64,000 nt of DNA, from NCBI GenBank assembly GCA_964512625.1, contig CAZEKG010000003.1, positions 22,953-86,952 on the forward strand. Direction: 5' to 3'. The notes below the pieces were generated by a model. That model made no database searches and was not told where the DNA came from. It saw only the letters and a list, made by a program, of their open reading frames with translations. Origin of the DNA: an uncultured Gammaproteobacteria bacterium. Its GTDB lineage: Bacteria; Patescibacteriota; Patescibacteriia; 2-01-FULL-39-33. Position numbers and translations under genes: made by a program. Positions 47,981 through 57,036 of the stretch are shown here, in pieces. The stretch's first letter is position 1. The number at the start of each line of letters is the position of its first letter.

Positions 47981-48745
47981 TTACTTTATTTTTTGAAATA
48001 CAAAAAGGTGCTCGTGCATTATTAATAAAAAGTTAGCGGCCTTAGACTTATCTACCCAGAAACCTGTCGCCTTGCAGTTAAACTGTCTCTTAATTATGTC
48101 CTCCTTTAAAAGAAAGCCTGCTTTCAAGAAACGGTCCATAACCTTATAAGCTAGTGGCTGATACATCTTATTTCGTCTGGTATCTCCCATTAAAATAGAA
48201 CAAAATTTGCCGGGCTTCAAAACCCTAAAAAATTCCTTAGCAACCTTTTCCATTTCATCACAAAAAGCTTCGATGTCGTGGATATTTGATAAATCATCAA
48301 CCAGCTTGCCCTCGCTGTATTTGATGATATCTACATACGGAGGATGAGTAAGAACAAAATCAACGGTATTGTCTTTTATTTTCTCAAGATTGCGAGAATC
48401 CCATTTAAAGCCTCTTTGCCAGCTTTTATTCTCAACTTTAAAATCCAAACATTTCTTTGTCCGGTCCAAAGCTTCTTGATTTACATCAGAGTAAACAATA
48501 TTCCTATTGAGAATTTTTGCTTCGATTGCGGTCGTGCCACCACCAATCATAGAATCGAGCAAAATATCACCTTCCTTTGAATATCGCAAAATGAGATTTC
48601 GAGCCACTTCAGGCGACCAATTTCCTCTCCAATCTGAAGTATGTGTTGCCCAATTACCTCGGCGAGGAAAAGCCCAAACCGTGGTACATTCTAGCTCGAA
48701 GTCATCAGGATGTAATTTTATTTCTGTATCCTTTTTCGTTGTCAT
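47981..48745 (-). CDS. SAM-dependent DNA methyltransferase (N6-adenine/N4-cytosine type; motif I GGGTT before motif IV HPPY)
   Basis: ILLDSMIGGGTT (motif I) ~75 aa before LTHPPYVD (motif IV). Third gene of the M-R-M cassette, analogous in position to M.MboC/DpnA. Confidence 0.7.
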   Translation of the reverse strand: MTTKKDTEIKLHPDDFELECTTVWAFPRRGNWATHTSDWRGNWSPEVARNLILRYSKEGDILLDSMIGGGTTAIEAKILNRNIVYSDVNQEALDRTKKCLDFKVENKSWQRGFKWDSRNLEKIKDNTVDFVLTHPPYVDIIKYSEGKLVDDLSNIHDIEAFCDEMEKVAKEFFRVLKPGKFCSILMGDTRRNKMYQPLAYKVMDRFLKAGFLLKEDIIKRQFNCKATGFWVDKSKAANFLLIMHEHLFVFQKIK

Positions 48746-48751
48746 AATGAG

Positions 48752-49609
48752 TTACCATGTTAGTTTGTCCAAGGCACCAGCCTCGAGCATGTTCAAATTA
48801 AAAACATACTCATTATGGTTATAAGTTTCTTCAAGAGGTCTCTTCGTTGTGTTCCAACCCAAGCCATCAGTTATCCAAATGAAGTCGATATTTTGTTCTT
48901 TAAGTTCGCTATACAAACTTTTGAATTCACCGCATACGGCTTTTAGCTTTGATCCGCCACCATTATAAAAATTGGTTTCAAATAATTTAATCTTTTTATT
49001 TTTAGGGTTATATACGGCGAAATCAAAACTTCTTTCTGATTTATCTATTTTTACATCCACGCCCCACTTACTTTTTATATTAGTGGCACGAGCCTGTGCC
49101 ATGTATTCAAACCCGTTTTTATTACAAAAATCACTGATGAATGTTCCAACAATTTCTTCCATCAAAGAACCGCCCCGGTTCTTTCGGCCATTACTATCAA
49201 GACCGACTTCAACTCCCATAACATAATCGACTAAGTTTTTAACGCCGTCTTTTTTGAATAAACGAGCGAGACCAGATTTATCTAAAAATTCATAATATTT
49301 CTCTGAATCTTGTTCCTTACCTGAAAAATCAAAGAAGTCTGAGTTCTTAGTAACCTTATCAAATACCTCAAGCTTGTTTTCTCTGACCGCCAAAAGCACG
49401 GGCAAAGCCTTAACAATGTCTGGGTTAGAGCTATAGAGTTTCTTAAATTCGCCCTCGAGGTCATCTTTACCAAGAAGATAATTGAGTTTATTAAGAGCAA
49501 TTTCTAAATCCGAGCTGTTTGAAAAAACCTTCTTCCAGTTTACGAAATAATCCCAAGTCTTAATTGAGCTTTTAAAGGTAGCTATTAGGTTATTAAAATC
49601 TTTTTGCAT
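48752..49609 (-). CDS. type II restriction endonuclease, DpnII/MboI family (GATC)
   Basis: NLVDYVMGVEVGLDSNGRKNRGG, FDFAVYN...TNFYNGGGSKL, FIWITDGLGW closely track the R.DpnII family sequence as I recall it. Confidence 0.8.
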   Translation of the reverse strand: MQKDFNNLIATFKSSIKTWDYFVNWKKVFSNSSDLEIALNKLNYLLGKDDLEGEFKKLYSSNPDIVKALPVLLAVRENKLEVFDKVTKNSDFFDFSGKEQDSEKYYEFLDKSGLARLFKKDGVKNLVDYVMGVEVGLDSNGRKNRGGSLMEEIVGTFISDFCNKNGFEYMAQARATNIKSKWGVDVKIDKSERSFDFAVYNPKNKKIKLFETNFYNGGGSKLKAVCGEFKSLYSELKEQNIDFIWITDGLGWNTTKRPLEETYNHNEYVFNLNMLEAGALDKLTW

Positions 49610-49616
49610 ATTATAT

Positions 49617-50573
49617 TTAGTAATTAGTTATTAAGACTTCCGTGACTTTTCCTCTTCCTGAACCATTGGAATTAATGGCTCGGCCAGCCTGAACCTTATT
49701 AATGCGTACCCCTTTAATTCCAGAATATATTTTATTGATGAATGGAGTGTCAGAATTTGAAAGCATAACGAAACAACCTCTTTTATTTAACTCAACAAGA
49801 GTATTACGAAGTTCTGTCTGCTCTTTATCCAAAAATGATTCAGCCGTGTACGAAGTAAAAGAAGCAGTCTTACTAACTGGGTAATATGGTGGATCAAAAT
49901 AAATAAAGTCACCCTTTTTTGCTTTTTTAAGAACTTCTTTATAATCCTGATGTTTTATATCAATATTCTGAAGTGCCTTTGATACCTTTCGCAAATTATC
50001 TTCATCGCAAATAAGAGGATTGGTATATTTACCAAACGGCACATTAAATCCTCCCTTACTATTTACCCGATACATTCCATTAAAACAGGTGCGATTGAGG
50101 AATATAAAACGAGAAGCTACTGCAACATCGCTTAGCTTGTTTGGGTCCTGAGCACGAACTTCCAAAAAGTAGTCCTTATCGGTTTTGTGCTTCTTAAGTG
50201 AAACGATTAATTTTTCAAGGTCATTTTTTATGACATTATATGTGACAACAAGTTCTTTGTTTAAATCAGAGAGAAACCCTTCTTCTGGGAGAAGATCAAA
50301 GAATACCGCACCACCACCGACAAACGGTTCAAAGTACCTGCTTTTCTTAGGATCAAAGTTTTCTGGTGGATAAAGATTCATCCTTCTGAATTGAGCGAGA
50401 AGTTGTCGCTTGCCACCAACCCATTTAACAAACGGCTTCGGCTTCTCTGCAATGATGCGTGCCGAATCATCGAGTAGGTTTGTTTTATCAGCAAGAGAAA
50501 AAACTCTGCGAGCAAAAATCGCATTTATATCGAAAGTTTTTTGAATAGTTAGAATTGATTGTTTTGTTGTCAT
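49617..50573 (-). CDS. Dam-family (D12 class) N6-adenine DNA methyltransferase, GATC-type
   Basis: KWVGGKRQLL, FEPFVGGGAVFFDL (motif I), DFIYFDPPYYPVS (motif IV), and overall colinearity with M.DpnII/Dam. Confidence 0.85.
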   Translation of the reverse strand: MTTKQSILTIQKTFDINAIFARRVFSLADKTNLLDDSARIIAEKPKPFVKWVGGKRQLLAQFRRMNLYPPENFDPKKSRYFEPFVGGGAVFFDLLPEEGFLSDLNKELVVTYNVIKNDLEKLIVSLKKHKTDKDYFLEVRAQDPNKLSDVAVASRFIFLNRTCFNGMYRVNSKGGFNVPFGKYTNPLICDEDNLRKVSKALQNIDIKHQDYKEVLKKAKKGDFIYFDPPYYPVSKTASFTSYTAESFLDKEQTELRNTLVELNKRGCFVMLSNSDTPFINKIYSGIKGVRINKVQAGRAINSNGSGRGKVTEVLITNY

Positions 50574-50581
50574 AAATCTTT

Positions 50582-50782
50582 TTACTTTTTATTTGACTTA
50601 CCAGAAATGTTGCTGGTATTTTCCAAAAACTTTTGCAAATCCACTTCCGTTATTCTCCAACTTCCAATTTTTGATGCCTTTAGTTTCCCAGAGTCAATAT
50701 AACGGTTTATAGAGCGACAACTAACTCTTAATATTTTGGCGGTTTCCTCGATAGTGAAGAGTTTATCAATTTTGGTAGTCAT
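50582..50782 (-). CDS. excisionase-family (AlpA/Xis-like, MerR-superfamily) HTH protein, first gene of the RM-STAND operon
   Basis: 66 aa, IEETAKILRVSCRSINRYIDSGKLKASKIGSWRI is the typical excisionase-family HTH; 8-nt gap to the Dam gene. Confidence 0.6.
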   Translation of the reverse strand: MTTKIDKLFTIEETAKILRVSCRSINRYIDSGKLKASKIGSWRITEVDLQKFLENTSNISGKSNKK

Positions 50783-51015
50783 AAAAGATTTCTTTGCTTA
50801 TAAGTTTATACTTACATTTTACCGCTTACGGATTTCATTGTCAAAAGTGGCAGATTTTGTCATAATACACTTGTAAGCTTTGTTAATCGGATATAATCAA
50901 CTACATACGATTATATTCATAAGTATCCGAAAGTTAGTGAATGGGAGGCATAAAATGGGCCCGATTCACTAAAAAGCTAACTGGAAGTAAGGATTAAGCT
51001 TATATCCAGTAAAAA

Positions 51016-51696
51016 ATGAGTATGAAAATGAAAAAGGCCTCCATGGCCACTAAATACAAATTTAATATAAGAAAAGCGGTGGAATTTGCATCGACCTATC
51101 GGTTATCTATTGCCACCACTGAAAAGATTTTGCGATCTTCAATGAAGTCTGCTGGCATAGCTGATGGCGATCAGATTATAAAGCACAACCAACCGGCGAT
51201 CGGACTTCTTACCAAAGAAATCATTGAGACGAAACTCGAAGTAAAAGGTATCCGGTCCCTCTTGGAACGCCGAACCAGTAAATTTGAGGGGCTGACCGAA
51301 TATGATCAGCAATTTATAAAAACATTTGCTCGGGAGGCGGCGATTTCTTTTGCTGAATATTTTGCAAAGAGCACAAATACTCCAGCCGGCAAGACCATCG
51401 TATACATCTCATCCGACTGCGAACTGTATCGTGAGCCAAAGAGTCAGTATTGTTTTAGAATGGAAGCCCCGAGTAAAAGAATGAAGCTAATCACCGCAAT
51501 GATGGCCACCAAAAAATACATACCGACCCAAACATTGGCTGACATCACTGGATTGGCAAGCATTAAATCGGTTCAAAGTGCGGTCCAAGCAATAAGGCGA
51601 TCCGCAGAAAAGAAACTTGGGCTCTTAAAATTTATCGACGGCTGGCAGGATTCCGGGTACCGCATCAATCCAAACATAATGTTGAAAAAAGAATAA
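51016..51696 (+). CDS. putative winged-helix (OmpR/CadC-type C-terminal) DNA-binding protein
   Basis: C-terminus TQTLADITGLASIKSVQSAVQAIRRSAEKKLG...GYRIN resembles the trans_reg_C winged helix. Confidence 0.4.
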   Translation: MSMKMKKASMATKYKFNIRKAVEFASTYRLSIATTEKILRSSMKSAGIADGDQIIKHNQPAIGLLTKEIIETKLEVKGIRSLLERRTSKFEGLTEYDQQFIKTFAREAAISFAEYFAKSTNTPAGKTIVYISSDCELYREPKSQYCFRMEAPSKRMKLITAMMATKKYIPTQTLADITGLASIKSVQSAVQAIRRSAEKKLGLLKFIDGWQDSGYRINPNIMLKKE

Positions 51697-51839
51697 AGCT
51701 CGTAAGGTACTCTTAAGACCCCTGTTAATAACTTTTTACAAAAGCGACCAAAGCGGTCGTTTTTTTGTTTTGAAAATTCAATCAAAGAGTATGTAAAGAG
51801 GCGCAACTCGATTGGTATAAAGAATATGCAAACATCTTT

Positions 51840-52022
51840 ATGCCGAAGCCAATAATCACAAAGAAAATACCGCCTCTCACCCCAGCTCAAATGGAGGAAA
51901 TTTTCATGGACAGATTAGCCGATCTGATTGTCCGACTTTTGGATTATCGCTACGAGCAAAAAGAGAAAGAAAAACAATCTAATAATCAAAATGAATATGA
52001 AAAACCAAACACCAGACAATAA
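51840..52022 (+). CDS. small hypothetical protein (60 aa)
   Basis: ATG ORF with protein-like helical composition; overlaps the next gene by ~30 nt in another frame. Confidence 0.3.
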   Translation: MPKPIITKKIPPLTPAQMEEIFMDRLADLIVRLLDYRYEQKEKEKQSNNQNEYEKPNTRQ

Positions 52023-52254
52023 TTTTATTACCAGCGACTTCTACACGGCCTGTCTGCTCTTGGCCAACGACTATCACCTTGTCGGCATAAACAAGACCGA
52101 CAGCCGACGCTTCCGCTTTATCTTCACTGATGAACCGGATCGGGTCCAAATCGTTGCCGGATACTTTGACGGCCTAACGAGCGTTAACACTCGCAAGTTT
52201 GTAAACGCCATTAAAGAGCTGAAGTCGCTCATGTATAACGACGCGATCAGTTGA
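51991..52254 (+). CDS. small island-associated protein (DUF5659-like by memory)
   Basis: MNMKNQTPDNNFITSDFYTACLLLANDYHLVGINKTDSRRFRFIFTDEPDRVQIVAGYFDG; start placed at the internal ATG because the upstream part is Lys-rich junk. Confidence 0.35.
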   Translation: MNMKNQTPDNNFITSDFYTACLLLANDYHLVGINKTDSRRFRFIFTDEPDRVQIVAGYFDGLTSVNTRKFVNAIKELKSLMYNDAIS

Positions 52255-52273
52255 AAATAATCAAATATGAAAT

Positions 52274-53050
52274 ATGGAAAATTTGCCATTCGAAATAGAT
52301 AACAATGATTACGTAAAGCTTCCACGAAGCATCAAAACCGCCCTTGTGGACGGCTATTTGAGTTTTGAGGAATACTCGGTCCTCGTCTGGCTGTGGATCA
52401 CTGCCAACCCACGAATGGGTAAAGCACACGTAAGTTATGCCGGGCTGTCCAAGGACTTCAAAGAAAAGTATTCCAAGAATCACATCAATCGACTAATGCT
52501 GAACTTGAAGCATAAGAAGTGGGTATGGTTTGCTGGACAGCAAGGTCGCAGAAGTTCGTTCCATGTTGATATCGCCAATTACCCCTTATCAAATGGTGGT
52601 TTTGTCAACATTGAAGTACGACAGAAACAGAAGTTCGGCAGAAGTGAGGATGATATTACAGAGCATTCACCAGCAGAAGTGCCGACAGAAGTTAGCGACG
52701 TTCAGCAGAAGTTGAAAGACGACAAAAACGCTTTAGTGGATAGGTTTTCTTTCAATTCTGAAAGTTCGCTCGGCAGAAGTTCCAAGAACGATAACGAAAA
52801 AGAAAATAAAAACAACCGATCGAATCGTGGTCGACAGCCGGTAAGAGAATTCTCTCCCAAGTCTTACGAGGAACAAAAATGCTGTGAGATCGCCCAAGAG
52901 CTGGGAGAAAAGGATATGACCTTCATCCTATCGGCTCTGAAAAGGTACGGACTGACGAGAATTGAGGAAGCTTACCGGTCTGTAATGGATCAACCGAGCG
53001 ATAAGGTTAAAAACAGGGGTGCATACTTTAATCGTTTGCTAAATCTTTAA
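52274..53050 (+). CDS. putative replication-initiator-like / winged-helix DNA-binding protein
   Basis: N-terminal LSFEEYSVLVWLWITANPRMGKAHVSYAGLSKDF...NHINRLMLNLKHKKWVWF looks like a rep/replisome-organiser winged helix; sits next to iteron-like repeats. Confidence 0.35.
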   Translation: MENLPFEIDNNDYVKLPRSIKTALVDGYLSFEEYSVLVWLWITANPRMGKAHVSYAGLSKDFKEKYSKNHINRLMLNLKHKKWVWFAGQQGRRSSFHVDIANYPLSNGGFVNIEVRQKQKFGRSEDDITEHSPAEVPTEVSDVQQKLKDDKNALVDRFSFNSESSLGRSSKNDNEKENKNNRSNRGRQPVREFSPKSYEEQKCCEIAQELGEKDMTFILSALKRYGLTRIEEAYRSVMDQPSDKVKNRGAYFNRLLNL

Positions 53051-53051
53051 A

Positions 53052-53447
53052 ATGCCCAAGCTTAATTACTTAAGACCAAAACATAAGCGAGCGATTGAGA
53101 TGAGGTGGCAGAGTATTCACTACGATGAAATTGCTAGTGAGGTGGGAGTCACTCTTGATGCGATTAAGTCGTGGTTCAGAGCCAATGGATTTTTGAGAGA
53201 AGCCTACAACCAATACGCCGAGGATCAGATTTTGATCCGAAAACTTCAGGACAAACAGGAAAGAATAAATACACTTAACAGCAACAATCAGCAACAGGAC
53301 GCAACAAATTCGGCTAATTTGCCGGTTTTCAAAGCCTTTCAGAAACTGTCGCCAAAAGATCAAGATGATGTTATGAAAAGATTTAACGAACTAAACAGAG
53401 GGGCCGAAAAGAAAATAAATACACTAAATGGAATTAAACGGAACTAA
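53052..53447 (+). CDS. HTH protein (terminase-small-subunit-like / sigma70 region-4-like N-terminus)
   Basis: LRPKHKRAIEMRWQSIHYDEIASEVGVTLDAIKSWFRANGFLREAYNQY helix-turn-helix pattern; 2 nt after the upstream gene. Confidence 0.35.
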   Translation: MPKLNYLRPKHKRAIEMRWQSIHYDEIASEVGVTLDAIKSWFRANGFLREAYNQYAEDQILIRKLQDKQERINTLNSNNQQQDATNSANLPVFKAFQKLSPKDQDDVMKRFNELNRGAEKKINTLNGIKRN

Positions 53448-53614
53448 AGTACACCAAATCACACCAACTTACACTAACTAACACCAAAAAATGAAAAGAA
53501 TAAATACACTTAGACCCGATAAAATCCAACATTATCCAACAATAGAGCGGAAAAATCGCCAGGCCACCTAATCCGATCCTAAATAACCGGTGAAAGTGGA
53601 AATAAATACACTTA
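53264..53614 (+). repeat. four iteron-like direct repeats GAAA(GA)ATAAATACACTTA
   Basis: Copies at 53264-53277, 53414-53427 (one mismatch), 53499-53512, 53601-53614. Also CAGTTAAAT(G/A)CAG x2 and ACACCA-rich motif at 53450-53490. Confidence 0.6.
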
Positions 53615-53760
53615 GATACAGTTAAATGCAGTTAAATACAGCGTTTAGAGAAAAATCTGAACTGTGGGCAACTCAAGCTTAGCTTGTCGACAAAATTAGT
53701 ATAGGGTGTCAGTGAAAGGTCTCTTAATAAAAATTAAACGATAATTAAAATGAAAATAAT

Positions 53761-55461
53761 ATGGAACATGCATTAATTTACTGCCGAGTCTCAACTGAGG
53801 AACAAGCCGAGGACGGCCACCATTCCCTAGCGACTCAGCTCAAGCTCTGCAAGCGAGCGATCGAGGAAAGCAACAAATATAAATTAGCCGAGGACGGCGT
53901 CTTTGAAGACCCGGGCCGATCAGCCACCAATATGAATCGCCCCGGACTGCAAGATATGCTACTGCGAATTCAAGACGACAAAGCGATCAAGGCAGTTTTT
54001 ATTCAAGACACTGACCGACTGGCGAGAAATGCTCTTGATCACATGCAGATCAAGGCAATCATGAAAAAGCATGATGTTGAATTATTTTCTGTCTCCCAGC
54101 CGGGCATTACTGATAGCCCCGAGGGAAACTTTATGGACTTGGTTATTGCCGGTGTGAACCAACTCCAATCACAAATAACCTCCAGAAAGACCCTGAAAAG
54201 CCTTGAACAAAAATTCTGGGAGGGTTGGTGGCCGACTGGTGTGGCCGTTGGATATTTAAATGCTGGCGAACCGGACGATGAGAAAAAGAGAATTATTATT
54301 GTAGACGAAGAACGAGCCCCACTTATTCAAGAGGCATTTAAAATGTATGTGACCGGAGATTATTCAGTCTTTGAAGTTCGTGACGCTTTATACAAAAAAG
54401 GTTTTAGAACTCACGCCGACAAACGACTGGCTCACAGCAAGATGATTGAGATCTTAAAAAATCCTTTTTATTACGGTGAGATGAGGTGGCGAGGATTAGT
54501 TAACACCGGAAAACATAAACCACTTATAGATAAAGATTTGTGGGAACGAGTCCAGCTGGTTATGGCCGAACATAACCGCTATGCCTGCCGACGGCAAAAG
54601 TTTAACTTTATTCTGCGAGGCCTAACCTTTTGTGCCAACTGCGGACAAAGATACACCGCCGAACACCACCCTAAGAAAAATAAATCTTATTACCACTGCA
54701 ACCGGTCCGGAGATCAGATTAAATGCAGTGATAAATACGTGGAAGTTTGGGATATAGAACAGCAGGTCGCTGATTTATTTAAGTACATAGAATTTACTCC
54801 TGATTTTACCGACAGACTGGTGGCCAAAATTGAAAAGATTTACAGCGGTCGCAAAGAAGTGATTAATAAAGATAAGAAAGCCCTGAACACTCAAAAGATG
54901 ATGTTTGAAAAGAAACGAGACACTGCCGAGGAAAAACTATTTGCCGGACTTATCACGGATGACGACTTCTCCAGAGTAAAAGTAAAAATCAAAGAACAGC
55001 TCGAGTTATTGCAAGACGAACTGTACGCTCAAGATAAAAAGCTAAACATGAGAATAGACGAATTGCAGGATATGCTTTTATTCGTCCGCAACGCTTACGA
55101 AGCCTATACCAAATCGCCGGATGAAATGAAGAGATTATTTCTCGGTCTTTATTGGGAGAGGTTTGAAGTAGCCGACAAAAAAATCCAAACCGTAATACCA
55201 TCACCAATCATCAGAGGTCTGATGCAAGCGGAGGATCTAGTCTTTACCAAGAAATACAAGGAGATTGCCGGTCCGAGGATAATAACCGACTTAGCCGTAG
55301 AATTTACACCATTCATAGCTGGTAAATCAAAATCCAAGATTGCCCCTAAAACGCAAAAATCCCGACAAATTGCCGAGATTCCTGCAATGATATCCAATCA
55401 ACCGAACTCGGTTATATTAGATACCGTTTGGGGTGGCTATCGAGAATTGAACTCGAGTTAA
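53761..55461 (+). mobile_element. large serine recombinase (integrase)
   Basis: Resolvase catalytic domain ALIYCRVSTEEQ (Ser nucleophile), recombinase domain, zinc-ribbon CANCGQRY...YYHCNRS, C-terminal coiled-coil; 566 aa. Confidence 0.85.
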
Positions 55462-55535
55462 CGGTACCACAAACCGCTGTGTTAACCACTACACCATAGC
55501 CACCAAATTATTACATCGGCATAGACCGATATTTG

Positions 55536-55607
55536 TGTCCCCGCCAGGAATCGAACCTGGATAGCCAGCTTAGAAGGCTGGTGTTCTATCCATTGAACTA
55601 CAGGGAC
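55536..55607 (-). tRNA. tRNA-Arg (UCU)
   Basis: Acceptor GTCCCTG/CGGGGAC, anticodon stem CCAGC/GCTGG with loop CTTCTAA, T-arm CCAGG-TTCGATT-CCTGG. Its 3' end faces the recombinase gene 75 nt away. Confidence 0.8.
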
Positions 55608-55774
55608 TTATTCTGATCTTGAGTAATTTACGGTTGTTTTTATTATTGCCGGCAAATATAGTCAATAGCCTCATAATAGCAGGAAATTTCGTTAAAGTCA
55701 ATAGTAATAAGGTTGCTATCACTCTAGTAATCTGCTATTATAATCTTGTTTAATCTTTATTATTAGATAAAACT

Positions 55775-56275
55775 ATGATTGAAGCCATAAAAAAGCGTCG
55801 TTCTGTTCGCGGTTATTTGGCGGAAAATGTGGGAGAAGAAAAAATAAAAGAAATCCTTTTGGCAGCTTCTTATGCGCCCTCAGCTAACGCCAAGTATCCT
55901 TGGAAGTTAGTAGTCGTAAAGGATCCTCAAACGAGGGAAATCCTTTCTAAGGCGACGCCTTGGTCGCTCCATGTTAAGGATGCGCCAATCGTCATTGTCG
56001 TTATTGGAGATGAGAAAGAGAGTCCCGATTGGGTGGAGGATTGCTCGGTTGTAGCTGAACATATTTGGTTGGAAGCGGAAAATCAAGGTTTAGCTAGTTG
56101 CTGGACTCAAATCAGGGGCAATGAGAACGCGGAGAAAGAAATTAAGAAAACCTTGGAATTGCCCGAGGAATTACGGGTTCTATGTCTTATGCCTATCGGT
56201 ATTCCGGCAAGCGTTGAGCCGGAACATAACGAAGAAGAGTTTGATAAAAGCCGTATAAGTTACGAGAAATACTAA
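55775..56275 (+). CDS. nitroreductase-family protein
   Basis: KKRRSVRGY...LLAASYAPSANAKYPWK FMN-binding nitroreductase signature. Confidence 0.8.
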   Translation: MIEAIKKRRSVRGYLAENVGEEKIKEILLAASYAPSANAKYPWKLVVVKDPQTREILSKATPWSLHVKDAPIVIVVIGDEKESPDWVEDCSVVAEHIWLEAENQGLASCWTQIRGNENAEKEIKKTLELPEELRVLCLMPIGIPASVEPEHNEEEFDKSRISYEKY

Positions 56276-56366
56276 AAATCAGCTGAAATAGTAAAAAATC
56301 CCTTCTCGAGGGATTTTTTAATTGCCTAAATTTAGATATTTTAATAAATAAAATGGCTTAATAATA

Positions 56367-56395
56367 TTGACACAATATTGCAAATATGATATAAT
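56367..56395 (+). promoter_or_regulatory. consensus promoter TTGACA-N17-TATAAT for ORFan 7
   Basis: Exact hexamers at 56367-56372 and 56390-56395. Confidence 0.6.
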
Positions 56396-56456
56396 AAGAG
56401 TGAGTATTTATGAGTACCTTTGTAATTTAAACCGGGCTTGGCCCAAGGAGGAAAAG

Positions 56457-56804
56457 TTGTCTAATCAACTTTACGACTTTGAGATCAGGCGCCGGGTGGA
56501 TGATTTACTAGCATTGGATCGTTCCGGCCAGCCGGTTCCCCGAATAGCCGCTTTTTCCGAGGAGCAGGCAGTTGGTCACTATGTGACCAATATACTTAAG
56601 GAAAGGCACCGGCGGGCCGAATTTTATGCTAAGAGGTTGGCCCTCTCGTCGCATAAGCTGAGCAAAGGCAAGTCTCCTAAGGTTGATAAGGATAGCTGCC
56701 CGAATTGTGGATACCTTGACCCGGCTCTGGCGCCGACCTGCCCGATGTGCGACCTGGAGATTGAGCGGCCCTTTAAGCCGTTTAACCCCATGCCGCTTCG
56801 ATAG
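56457..56804 (+). CDS. hypothetical zinc-ribbon protein (GC-rich ORFan cassette 7)
   Basis: TTG start 4 nt after AAGGAGG; CPNCGYLDPALAPTCPMCD CxxC-N9-CxxC; ~55% GC; hairpin terminator at 56820-56847. Confidence 0.5.
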   Translation: MSNQLYDFEIRRRVDDLLALDRSGQPVPRIAAFSEEQAVGHYVTNILKERHRRAEFYAKRLALSSHKLSKGKSPKVDKDSCPNCGYLDPALAPTCPMCDLEIERPFKPFNPMPLR

Positions 56805-57036
56805 CCCCTCGCTCTTACGGCGCAGGTTCTCCAACGAGGACCTGCGCTATTCATTTTCCCTGATTTTTACCTCGCTTTTCTCCCTTTTATAGCAAGGCCT
56901 TAAAAAGGCCAATATTTCCCAGCTTCATTGACTTTTTTCGATTTTTGTAATAGAATGAAAGCACTAATTATTAAGGCGATTTTCTTGGTTGCGGCCTTTT
57001 GGCCGAGTTACTGGGAGATTCGTGACAGGAGTCAAC

